A DNA stretch of 61,329 bases, counting the filler, from Rhabdomonas costata (taxonomy: Eukaryota): NCBI GenBank assembly GCA_019059605.1. It is 17 parts of 17 records of this genome, joined end to end, with 100 filler letters (N's around TTAATTAATTAA, not from the genome) between each part and the next. Parts side by side here need not be neighbours in the genome. Positions count along the whole stretch, not along the records: positions 32,676 to 36,173 come from JAHMHO010000778.1; positions 36,274 to 39,768 come from JAHMHO010000779.1; positions 39,869 to 43,363 come from JAHMHO010000780.1; positions 43,464 to 46,958 come from JAHMHO010000781.1; positions 47,059 to 50,552 come from JAHMHO010000782.1; 12 more parts are not named here. The stretch is one strand, 5' to 3'. A program made the translations under genes and the position numbers. Positions 36,159 to 47,644 of this stretch are shown here, one piece after another. The notes under the pieces are model-generated. The model made no database searches and was not told the DNA's origin. It saw nothing but the letters and a program-made list of their open reading frames with translations. How positions within the stretch are numbered: the first letter of the stretch is position 1; each line of letters opens with the position of its first letter.

Positions 36159-36447
36159 ACTCAACAAACAACANNNNNNNNNNNNNNNNNNNNNNNNNNN
36201 NNNNNNNNNNNNNNNNNTTAATTAATTAANNNNNNNNNNNNNNNNNNNNNNNNNNNNNNNNNNNNNNNNNNNNGCGGGGGAGTAATTTTATCCTCCTCTT
36301 TGCCGGCTGCCCATTAGGTCTTAGTTTTCATAACGATCCTTTCGAAGGTTATTAAACGAAGCCCTGAAATAGAAAATGCGGTGACAAAACCATCGTTTTG
36401 TCATCCTATAATGACTAATTCCCACCCGCCCACTCGCGAACGGTCAG

Positions 36448-38749
36448 GTTCTGCAGCAAAAGCTCCGGCGTCGTCTTGCGAACCTCCGAAAGGAGACCCC
36501 GGGGTGGCACTGCAGTGAGCGCATGGATCATCTCTTGGTCGATCGCTCGTGGACCGCGGAGCAACAGCTCTCCGCCCTGGAGGCGGTTACGCTCCCCCAG
36601 CTCGAGGCCTGGGCAGAAGCCTTCCTGCGCTCCCTACATATCTGGGTGCACTAGTGTCGACACACGCACCCCGAACCCACCACCCTCTCGTCCCTTTCCA
36701 TTGCAGGTTTTTTCATCGGGTAAGGGGCGAGAACTTTTTGTAGCCCTTCTGGGTTGTCCTCCATCGGCCATGATTTTGCAAGCCCCTTCCTAGACGTGTG
36801 TGTCAAAGTCCCAGTTTGCAGGTCCATAGCAGTTCGTGCCATGTGCTTTTTCCAGTATCAATTCCTTTTTTGTTGCAAGGGATATGCACAGATGGCGGAA
36901 GGGATGTGATCTCCGTGAGATTTGTGAGCGATTTAAGCAGTCTCTGGGTCTTTTTTCTAAAGATAACAGAAAGTAACTTTCTTCTTGGATGAATTCATTC
37001 ATCTGTTTGGATGCTGGTTTGGTGCTCACTCTCACAGGCTCTTGTTCACGGCAATGCAACCGCCAGCACGGCGATGGCGCTCGTCGCGGAGGCGGTTGTG
37101 GCACCGGTGGTGTGCGCCGGGCACACGGCATGCCTAGCCCCCCGCACGCAGAGCGTGGTACTGCCTGCAGGGGTGGAGCACGTTCTGAGCTTCGCCGGGC
37201 CCAACCCGGACAACGTGAACTCCGCTGTGCAAGTTCTGTTCCAGGTCGGGGGCCCGCCATCAGCGCATCTTCCATCTCCCTAGTATGAAACATAGCTTCG
37301 TACCCTCGGCCGGCTTTCGGACATGAAACGGGTTCTGCATATGCATCTTCATATTTTTCCATGCTGCAGTCGACTTCATGTTGCAAAACAGACTGTGAAT
37401 GCAGAGGAGGACCTTATGTAATATAGAAACCAAACCTCTGTGTGGTTTAGGTCGGGCCACGGGAACTTACGTTGGAGGCCACAATGGAGGTGCTCGTACG
37501 CTTGATGAGGCCGGCTATGTTCCAGCGAATAAGGTGTGTGGGGTGGCGCACTTATCTCTCGTTATTTTTCGTGTTTTATGGAGGCTTGAAGGGTTCCAAC
37601 CCAATAATTTGTGCTCTTCTGATGTGAGGGTGGCTGCACGGCACGACCTGTTGTCCTTCCGAGCTGTCATTCCGTGTGCATTTGCTACTGCCACCGAAGC
37701 ACGTCTGTGCCCAGCCCGTAATATTCCGCGGTAACATTTTTTCTGTTTGTTTTTGGAATGATATAAGTTAAACTAGGCCTGGAGTCTGGAGCTCAGGCAT
37801 CCTCCGCGTGAACACCAACACAGTCCAGGTGAATTATCCGCGTTCCATGGTGTCAGTGGGTGTGCTGCGAGTATTTCGAGGAAGCATACCGGAAGTTTAG
37901 AAAGACGCAGCACGGGTGGAAGGGGTTGTCTTTCCGCTCCTCTCGCGCTCTTTTTGTCTTGTCTGCTCAGTTTTCCCTTCGTCTCAGGACGGAGCTTCAG
38001 GTGGGGTACTCTGTGCATACTGAGGTGGTGCACTACAACTTTGTGATGGGCCTGAGATTCGCCGTGCAGAGCAGTGCAATGGCCCCCCCACAGATTCGGG
38101 CCCACCTAGGGGAGTTCCTCACAGGCTTTGCCCGGGTCCTGGAGGAGCTTCCCGAGCCTGAGCTGGAGTCCGCGAAGGCCGCGTTGATTCAGAAAACTCT
38201 GCAGCCTGACATCTGCCTGGAGGTCCGTAATGCATTTCAGGAATCCTATTGATGGCCTTTTCCCGGGGGAGGGGGACTTGTAATATAGGAATAGGAAGTA
38301 GGGATTACAGCGCGGTTTGCCTGTTCAAAATGAACTCCATTACGGTTGAAAACTCGATTGCTTACGATGGTGGTGGTGGGGGTCTCTTGGGAAAGGATGA
38401 GGCCAACCACTACTGGGAGGAAATTGTACGAGAGCACTTCTGCTGGTCCCGCCGGCAGCGCTTGGCCGAGGCACTGCAGAAGGTCACCCGAGAACAGCTG
38501 CTGGCCTTCTACCACGCCTTCGTGCTGCCTTTCCCAGCGAACGGCAGCGAGCACAAGTGTGCGGTGCTGACGGTGCTGTGTTATGGAAAGAACCACCCGC
38601 TGCCCCCTTTGTCTCCTGTGAGTCCGGACGGAGCACTGGCTCCGTTCGGGCCGGGGCTGCGGGTCGCTGAGGTCAAAGGCCCCGAGGATTTTGGGGGGCT
38701 TTCACGGTTTGCGCCTTGGGTCCCCCTGGACGGATGCAGCGCGTACTGA
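36448..38749 (+). CDS. IDE: Insulin-degrading enzyme / pitrilysin-like M16A metallopeptidase, C-terminal exons
   Basis: Exons 36448-36645, 37038-37244, 37451-37533, 37988-38222 and 38396-38749 are in phase. Motifs: ALVHGN, NPDNVNSAVQVLFQVG, FQRIRTELQVGYSV, GLRFAVQS, EANHYWEEI. The stop is TGA at 38749. Confidence 0.9.
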
Positions 38750-39371
38750 GAAGCCACTTAAAGTGGCTGGTGATGCGACCCTTGGTGCCGACTTACTGAA
38801 TCGTATTTTCCTATGTGGCCATGTACAATGTGCCAAATCATTGAAATGGGGGAAGGTTCCATAATTTCTTGGGCGAGGAAGGCCTGGATCGATGCGCCTT
38901 CGTCTTGAAATTTAGAGTCCGTCAAACACAGCTCAGTTTTATCATTCGTTATACTTAATGTACTGGTAGGATTCAGATTATGACGCAGGATGATTAAGTT
39001 CCCCGTTCTTTTCTGTCTTCGGGTATTCAGGGGTTCCTTCTTCAGAGGATCCTTTTGAGGGGTCTCAGATTGAAAGGTCTTGCTTCCAATGTCACCTCAT
39101 TTTGGACAATCGTGCGAACCTGTGCTGCCGCAGTGTCGTATTTCATTCTGTGGTTGGAAGGCGACAAGTGCCTGCATGTTAACGCTGTCTAGTTGTAGCT
39201 TTTTCCGTCTCAGGGTTATTTTTCGTTTACTCGTTACCCATTGAAAAGCGGAGGGGTACATCACCCCTCTGCTTCAGTGCGCCCCTATGAAATCCGGTGT
39301 ACAACTCGGTGACGTCCTCCCTTGTGCATGCAGGTTCAGCTGCGTGCCTCGGTGAATGTGAGCGTGGTGTT

Positions 39372-39768
39372 ATGCCCTTTGTCAGCTTTTGGTTCCAATG
39401 GAACATCCTCCGGGTCGCGCTGCTGGTTCTTTGGCCGCTGGTTGTGCTATCGAGCAACGAGTCGGTTCCCATCCCTGCGTTGAAGATAGGCCTTTTGCAA
39501 GTCCAGGGTGGGCGTGACTATGGGACCAGAAACATCACAGCCTGCTACTGCCTTCTCCATGTCTCTGTACAGTGCATTTTTCAAAGTACGACCTTGGTTG
39601 GAGGCATGGCAGCGATCGCCAAGTTGCACTTCCTGAAGCACCATCTGTCGCACTTTGACTGGGTGGTGTCCTTGGATGCCGATGCAATTCCTGCCAACTT
39701 TGCGCTCGACATTGGTGGCGTCCTACGGCAGACCCTCGCCCACGTTGTGCTCGATAGCACAACCCCAC
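39372..39768 (+). CDS. GT34-like (Mnn10/Gma12-type) glycosyltransferase, 5' part
   Basis: An N-terminal hydrophobic anchor (ILRVALLVLWPLVVL) is followed by AKLHFLKHHLSHFDWVVSLDADAI, a K...L...DWv..lDaD DxD motif. Confidence 0.7.
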
Positions 39769-40136
39769 NNNNNNNNNNNNNNNNNNNNNNNNNNNNNNNN
39801 NNNNNNNNNNNNTTAATTAATTAANNNNNNNNNNNNNNNNNNNNNNNNNNNNNNNNNNNNNNNNNNNNGGGGGGGTGGGTTGGGTAATGACCTTTGACAC
39901 TGTCAGCACCTTTGTAGCCGAGCTGGCCGCACCTCACATCTCTGTCTCAGTCTGGGCCCCTGGCCCTACACCTTAATGGTCATTACCCTACCCCTGCCTC
40001 TCTCAGTGACGAACTGTTTCCCAGGTTTTTGCCCCACGGGAACCTTGTCTTTGTGACTTTGTGTGCATGAGTAGCTTTTTGTGTCGTGTGCTCTGAATGC
40101 AACCTCGCACACACACACGCCAGCCGTGCTGAGAGG

Positions 40137-40618
40137 ATTTGTGAGCTGATCGAGTGTGGTCGCGAGGGAACCCATCCCAAGATGTCGGTGTACGTGGTGA
40201 ACTCGCAGTCAGTTAGCCGGCTGGCCTTCGACCCCGCCCTTCAAGGCGTGCATGCGTGCATACGTGTTGTTTGGTGTTGTTTTAGTTGTTGTTGTTGGTT
40301 TGTTACTTTTTTGTTTTATTTTGCCATTATCGGCTGAAGCGTGACATCTGTACTGCGGTAGCTACAAGTGGTTGTTTTTGGTTAAAGGTGGGTGTTTGTG
40401 GTTGTGCAGATCCTCTGGTGCAGTGCTTCCGGATGGCCTGCAGTCACGGCTACACGCTAACAGAGCTTCAGCTGCCCTTTGGCATGTTCTTCGACTTTTT
40501 GAGGGATTGCCGGCTTCTGCTGGGCCGAGACGGGCTTTCGGGGGCCGGTGGAACGGGTGCCCCCTCGCTCGTTGTCAAGGCCGTGAAGAATACCCCGGAC
40601 GGTACGCTCTCCGCGTGA
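40137..40618 (+). CDS. Hypothetical protein, two exons
   Basis: ICELIECGREGTHPKMSVYVVNSQSVSRLAFDPALQ (GC donor 40246) joins in phase to DPLVQCFRMACSHGYTLTELQLPFGMFFDFLRDCRLLLG (from 40410). Confidence 0.5.
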
Positions 40619-43123
40619 GAGTGAGGGGATGCGTGCTAACCCTTACTTGCCTATCTCAACATAATTAAAGTTCTGCACCAACATATCAGGAAAACGGGAA
40701 TGCAAACGAAGCCTAGTTACACAGGAAAACTGAGAAAGTAGTGCTTTATATAATTCCAACATAAGTCTTTACACCCCTGTATTTATGTCGCTGGTCCCGA
40801 TCATAAATTGTGCCCTTTTTGCATATGGACCAGCTGATAGCTGATCTCTTACAGTTTTGGATGCACCATGCTCTAGATATCATCCGAGTGTATTTATTGT
40901 TGTTGCTGTTCAAACGCACCCGCAGAAACTTGATGTGTCGAATGTTGTGGTGCTGAGGATGCAACACGTGCCAGTAAGGAATGGCTGAAAAGCAAATTAG
41001 AAGAATTGTCTTTTCTCCCTAAACCGCTTTGGTGAGATTTGTTGCAACTACTTGGACCAATGTTTGCGCTTTCTGCAGTAATCCATTGAAGCGTGTTCGC
41101 GGCGCGGGTCTTTAAAGCTGGTTCACACCCATCTTACATCGATTACAGCGATTAACACCCTCATATACGTTGCCAGGAATGCGCAGAAAGGAGTGCTATT
41201 GCTTTGAGTGCTTATTTCTTAAAGTGGCTCAACCAGCAACCGTTCCAGTAGCGCACTCACTCACATGGATGTCCCGACTGCATCCCACAGTCTCCTCGAT
41301 GCGGTTCCTGTTCCACCGCTCTGAGGTGGAGCAGGTCTTTGTGGTCGCCCGGGGCATTCCTGAGCTTCCCCCGGAGACAGCCCGGCGGGTGCTTGCCCTG
41401 GCGGCATGGCCCAACCAGTCCACAACCAGCCTCATCCCCACCTGCTCCTCCCCGCACGGGACGTCTCACGAGCACGGAGTGCTTGCGTCGACACCGTCCA
41501 CATCGGGAAGAGCTGTGGAAAGGGCTACCATTATTCTGACCCAGCCCGAGGATGAGGTTCTTCTGCAAAGTGCCGCAGCCTGGGTGGTGCTCAATTGCTG
41601 AAGTGCCGCGGGATCACTGTCACACTGTCTGATATGTTAGGTAGTGTGCGAATGGCTCTTTTTGAGATGGCACCTGTCCTGCACCAGTCCTCGGTGGTCA
41701 CTCTGGATGTGAAAGGTAGACTGCCTGGGGACCTGACGCATATATCACATCGTGAACTTGATTGGACGTAGGGTCCTTGTGGGATGGTGTAAACTTCCTG
41801 CCCTGGCGAGGGTTGTGTGCGCAAAGAATGACAAGTGTCCCTTTTTGCACTTCCGCGTCCAAGGGTTTTTGTGATATATGTTCGGTGGCTGCTTTTTGGT
41901 GTCTTGTGTCTGTGTTTGAATGCAAGGAAGGGGATGGGCTGTGTATTTGTGGTAGAGCGCCCCAAAGGATCCCGTCGGCGATACCACGACGGGTGCGCTG
42001 GACTACGTGCACTTTCTCGGGGCTCTGCTGCTGATCGCCCCCCACCGCCTTACTGTCCCTGGTGTGTACGCGTGCGTGCCCGTGTAGCCTTAATGCGCCA
42101 TTGAGGTTTCCCAAGACCTCCGCCCAGCGGCGGAGTGATCTGCAGAAGCGACCAGGCAGCGAGAGAGTATTCGACAGCCGGCTGGAGACAGAAAAGACCT
42201 CCGCCAAATCCATACCTTGTGCACGTGATGTGGCCGTGTAGCCTTGTTTGGTGCCCCTGTGTTTCTTAGCGTCCGGGACGGGCAGTGCGAGATTCGGGAA
42301 AAGGGGTACGGAAGGAGAGAAGGTGGAGATCAATTCAGCAGCAGCGGCCTTTCCCCCAGAGACTACCACTTTCCTCCAGTGGCCCGCATCTCTGATGCGC
42401 TGAGGGTCGCCAGTGCGGTTTCACCCCATTGCCCATCTCTCGGACTCACTGGAATGTGTGATTGGGGAGTCAAATGGCGGGAAAATCGGAGCAGACCTGG
42501 GCAGGCCATCGTGCCAGGTGCCCAACAGTGCTACTGCGAGCGCAATGACAGATGAGGGGGCGAAACGCGGAACAGGGAACTTATGTATGAAAATCACGAA
42601 AAAAAAACGTACACGTAAGCTTAAGCGTATCCGCCCCCACCTCTCAAACATCCAAGGCATCTGCCCGCGGAAGGGTCATTCTCCCTACAGGCTCGCTGGG
42701 AGTAAGGTGAATTACACCGTAATAATTCAGAACTTACATTTATCAGCTTTGACCACGCCAGAGGGACCAGATAATATGCGCATCTGGAAGTCCATCAAAA
42801 TTTGGAGCTTCCCCAACACTTCCATTGGAAACTCGAACAATAGCTACCTAATATTAGTTTCGGGATTTAGCTTAACTTATAACCGAGGTTTCATGGAAAA
42901 CTACTGACTGGCATTTCTGGTTTGGGTGTCGGTATGGTGTAGGTCCGTTTTTATTATTGAAACGGCTCGGCTTAGAACAGTCGAAATTGGTGTTTGCGCA
43001 CTTTGCTCTCTGCACAGATGCACCGATGAGCTGTGAAGAAGAGTATCGTTCCCGCTTCTTTTCTTCTTCGGGGAAGAAAGGCGAAAGCTCCTCAAGGTGG
43101 GTGTGGGTGGGGCCTTGCCACAG

Positions 43124-43363
43124 ACAGCGGGGAGGCCCTCTGGGAGGGCTACTTCGACGCCTTGCACTGTGCCGTGGTGCAGCTTTTTGTGCTGCACCTG
43201 GAGCCCCTGCTGGCGCGGCACTCCAGTCTGTCCGCCTCTCTGCTGCCCCTCAGCGCCTCCGCCGCGCCCCCGTTCGCGGAGCTACTGCGGCTGCGCGCGG
43301 TGCGGCTGCTGCTATGGAGGAACCGCGTGCCCATGAAGAAGGCACCGCCTCCCCCCACCCACA
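43124..43363 (+). CDS. Hypothetical protein exon
   Basis: A CAG acceptor precedes the very GC3-rich frame SGEALWEGYFDALHCAVVQLFVLHLEPLLARH...LLRLRAVRLLLWRNRVPMKK. Confidence 0.45.
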
Positions 43364-43746
43364 NNNNNNNNNNNNNNNNNNNNNNNNNNNNNNNNNNNNN
43401 NNNNNNNTTAATTAATTAANNNNNNNNNNNNNNNNNNNNNNNNNNNNNNNNNNNNNNNNNNNNTGTGTTAAGTGAGTTTGGGGGTTTGGGTACCCTGACG
43501 AAGCTTTGCTGTTGTTCTGTTTTTTCTTGGGTGGTGTGAAAGCCTTCCACGAAAGGAAACGTGTCTCTTAGTTAATATGCACGTCCTTGATTTCTTGAGG
43601 GTGTTAGTGGTGTTATTAGGAAGGAACTGCATTGGGCGTTAAGCACTGCTGAACGTGTTTGGCTTTTCCGGATTTTGGAATTGTCGTTGCGGACGGGTTG
43701 GGACGTTCAATAGGGTGGGAGATGCTCCGTATGACACTGCTGAACG

Positions 43747-43903
43747 GTTAGCGGTGCTAAACGTCCGAATCGGAAAACTCTTTTTGTAGGATGTTATTTT
43801 TTTTAGGGCGCAGGGGTTAGTTAAACTGTGTTAACTACCGTTATAAGTTTTTATTTTAGCAAAATGGGGGTTTGGAAACTTATGACCGTTTAGCAATGCT
43901 AAC
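43747..43903. mobile_element. MITE-like element with 17-bp imperfect terminal inverted repeats
   Basis: GTTAGCGGTGCTAAACG (43747-43763) and CGTTTAGCAATGCTAAC (43887-43903) are 15/17 complementary. The core is AT-rich and a C run is adjacent. Confidence 0.5.
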
Positions 43904-44516
43904 GCCCCCCCCCCCAAGGCAAATACATAAGACCCGTTACGAAAGTTACAAGGGACATAACAAGGCTCCGCAGAATGGTCCAATGCGGCGCAAGGCACAC
44001 AAGCGCCGTTGTGGCAAAAAGAAAAGCAAGAAAAAGGAAGAGAGAGGGGGGGGGTGCCACAAGATCACTATTCACACGGAGAGATTTTATGGCGCTGTGA
44101 AGTTGAGGGACAAACACGCACGCAAGAACAAGGAAAACGGTGAAGGGAATGTGGACAATAGTCAAGAGCGTGCGCGCTTGCACACCCACACGCACACACA
44201 CACACACACAGTGGCAGGGTGGGTATTCATCCCATCCTGTTGTTGCGTGGACAAGGGACAATAACAGACTGTCTTCGACACTTTCGCTGTTGATCCACTG
44301 ATCTTGTTTTTGTGCTGTATGCCATCGACAGAGTAGAGTATAATCGAGAACTGCTCACGGAAAAACGTAGCACACAGAACATTCCAGAACATCGCTGTGC
44401 CAATCATTTTTCTTTTATTTTTATTATTCTCGGCATGTTCCTGTAAAGTGCCATACAATCCGAAAGCTATCCTCCTTTGTTGAGGTCGTAATGAGCATCA
44501 CTTTTGCTGTGTCCAG

Positions 44517-46958
44517 GGTCTGCCCTATCGGCCAGCGCGCAGAGCGTGAACGCCTTCCTGGTGACCAACACCGCGGCGGCGACCGCGATGATCTCATGGC
44601 TATTTATCGATGGCGCGCAGGGCCGCAAGCTCACCGCCACGGTGCGCGTTTTTCTTTATGTGACGGTCAGTGGATCGCACAGGTTCACACCAACGCCATT
44701 AGAGCCTGCTGTGGACGCTCGACTGTAGAGCGAGAGTTTGCAGCCTTGCACATCTATGAAGGGATTTCACCATATGGTGCCAAAGTCCAGCGGCACAAAT
44801 ACAGGCCAAGAAGACTTCAGCTTGCAACGTAACGCACTAATTTCTCTACTTTTTTTTGTTCTGACCAGCACCAGTTTCGGACTTAAGTATGCCCGTTTGT
44901 AGGTTTGGGTCTCCTTCCTCTGGGTGGTTTAAAGTTCTGCTGTGTGGAGTTTGTTCTCGTGGCGACTGTGTTTTGTGCGCGGTGTGCAGGGCGCCAGCAC
45001 GGGTGCGGTGGTGGGGCTGGTCGCGATCACCCCGGCCTGCGGGTACGTCACCGTGCAGACGAGCTTCTTCTTTGGGTTCTTTGGGGCGCTGGTATCCAAC
45101 ATTGCGGTGACGATCAAGTCGAAGACGACGCTGGATGACACCCTGGATGCCTTCCCGTGCCACGGCGTGGTATTCCGGAATCGCATTCATGTCTTCCTGC
45201 TGTTTTCCTTGTCTGCTATTGAGGACTTGCTCAGGATATCTGTCCTTCGATGCGTGTGTTTGGCTTTGCAATGGAAAGAATGACCATGAAATGGTTTATC
45301 AGGGTTCAGGGGGTTGGAAATTTGGCAAAGAATGAGGCCACGGTTTTGCGCAACGTCTGTTCAAGTGACGAGGCATGCACGGCCTCTTCAACCTGGCGGT
45401 CAGTCTGAAGGCAAAGGAGTTGCCAAATGTTTTGCTTTTAAGTTTGTTCTAACATGTGCTACACGCCATTTGTGAAGCCTCACTCTGGTGTCGGTTCATC
45501 AATACGGGTGCGGACCGAGCAGGGCATCCAGAAGACGGGAGTGCGCTGGTTGAACCAACTCATCTCATTCGTGCACTCTCTCTCTCCCTCTCCTTTGTTC
45601 TGGATTGCCGCACAGGGCGGGATGGTGGGGCTGATCCTGACGGGCTTCTTCGCCAACTACCCAGGCTACCAGGTCGGGGTTGTGGCGGGGCAGAACAAGA
45701 CCTTTGGGTACCACTGGCTCGCCCTGGTGATTGTGGCGTCGTACACCTTCACGGTGTCCTTTCTGCTGTTCAAGGGGCTGAACTTGGTGTACCCGATGCG
45801 CGTGGAGAAGCACCTGGTGCCTTCCTGCCTTCTTTCCTGCCTGCCTGCGTGTTTCCGGTTTTGTTTGGGAACGAAAGAGTGAAAGAGTGAACGAGATGGG
45901 CAAACTTGAGTTGGGGAAGTGTATGTTGCGTCGGATGCAGGATTCACGGTTTTCTTGTTTGCTTGAAAACAGATTGGCGTTGTGGGGATGGTCACGGTGA
46001 CCTGTGTGTCGTAATAACAGGTTGCAACAGGTTGAGTACCCGTGGGTACTCTTGTAGTTCAAAGGGATTAGGTTGTGAGTATTGGTTTGCACGTTATGAA
46101 ATCTGATGCTTGCTGAGGACTAACCCCCGTAGGATATGGACAAAAAGGCACACCAATTGAGAGGGTCATAAGTTCGCGATATTAAAACGTCATTAAAGAC
46201 CCCCAGGTCAAGAAAATGAGACACTTGGGGGGGAGAAATATTCTGCCAAATGGCGGTGACCTCTCTTCCCAACATCCCACCAAAAACATCGTCAGCCGAG
46301 CGCGTTGGTATCCCAAAACACCTCAACTTCGCCCGTATTTTGATTTGAGTCTCTTTTCAAGCCAAGTTCACCTTTTTACCTTTTTTTGCTTTCAATTTGG
46401 GTTTTCAGGAGTTTTCCAGTGAAGAAACTGGTGTTTGGTGTGCACCAGATTGGGCACAATCCTGCCAAATAAATGTGTCCATCGCGATATTACGATATTA
46501 TTTCCAATAGAAAAATTGAACCAGTGGTAACGGTTGCCCCCCCCACACACACGTCAGTTGCACCTAACCCACCGTGTTTCTTCTGTTTCTCCAGAAATAA
46601 CGCACTGCACGACCGCGCACATGGCGCAGATGCCCAAGATGCGGACGCCAGACCCCGATCTCGTTCTACAGTTTTCAACAGTTTTCCTCTCTCCGCTTGT
46701 CGCGCGTTCCCTGGACCAGGACGTCCTGGGCAAGCTGTCCGCTTTGCTTGCCCATTGGAATCCATTTTCTTGTGTCACGATAAGAAGAGCACGAAAACGT
46801 GGAGGACCTATTCTGACATATCAGAGCCTGACTGGTCATATGAGCCTGACTGGTCTGTCTCCCAGCCCGTCTCCCTCCTTCGGTGCGCAGGAGGAGCAGG
46901 GGCTGGACGTCACCCAGCACGGGGAGACCGTGTACGTTTACGAGGACCCCAACACCAC
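44517..46958 (+). CDS. amt: Ammonium transporter (Amt/Mep), 3' exons
   Basis: Exons 44517-44641, 44990-45169, 45616-45816 and 46891-contig end give GSALSA...FLVTNTAAA, GAVVGLVAITPACGYV, LDDTLDAFPCHGVGGMVG and MRV...EEQGLDVTQHGE. Confidence 0.96.
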
Positions 46959-47644
46959 NNNNNNNNNNNNNNNNNNNNNNNNNNNNNNNNNNNNNNNNNN
47001 NNTTAATTAATTAANNNNNNNNNNNNNNNNNNNNNNNNNNNNNNNNNNNNNNNNNNNNGGTGGGGTGGTTTTTGTGCCTCTGTGCGCGTGGTTGAGGTTT
47101 TTCGGCCGCTGCTTTTGGTGTGTGGCACGCAGACGAACCGCTAAGGAAGCGCTCTCGGGATGCAGCCCTCTTCAATGACTGGTATTTTTGTGGGCTTCTC
47201 GAGATTCACTTCAATAGTGTGCCCTTCGTTCGTTTTGTTTGGTGAGTCGGTCACATCGTAAAACAAGAACGCACGGTTGGGCGTTACGAATCCAAAGGAT
47301 GAAATTCGCCGAAAAGAAAACTCACATCGGAGTTGATTGCGCTGCACTGTGCACTGTGTGTGGGGTGCTTCTCTATCTGATTTTATCACTTGCTTTGTCG
47401 CCAGTGGACGGTTTGCGCGTGGATTAGCCTGATAGCGGTAATCATTCTTTGGCCCCTTTTCTCGCTATATGAGGGAAACGCGAGGAAGACCGCTGGTAAT
47501 CCGGAAGTAGGGCATACGGAGTTCTGTCGATAAGGTGGGAATTCACCCGTGCTGGCCAGTGCCCAATGGATGGGGGACATCCAAAATTAATACCTCTGAC
47601 AGCCTGCGCGCCCCCCCCCCTCCCGCACCCTCTCACTAAGATAC

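Larger units (their letters stand above)
32676..36173 (-). mobile_element. Putative endogenous viral element: capsid-first RNA-virus-like cassette (capsid, signal-peptide protein, RING ORF), 3'-truncated by the contig end
   Basis: The whole contig is intron-free and densely coding on one strand, unlike all host contigs. It includes a capsid-like gene of about 540 codons, and several single-base frameshifts and stops indicate a decaying DNA copy. Confidence 0.75.

Noticed and set aside
29076-36173. Gypsy element plus capsid/RING cassette as one composite retrovirus-like element
   Set aside because: The two are separated by an artificial linker (32576-32675) and lie on opposite strands. Contigs are ordered by size, so there is no evidence of linkage.
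44384-44407. Minus-strand MIGTAMFW resembling the Amt 'LGTxxLWFGW' segment expected just upstream
   Set aside because: It is only 8 residues, on the wrong strand, and lacks the following FGWxGFN. This is most likely chance, although a WGA inversion cannot be fully excluded.
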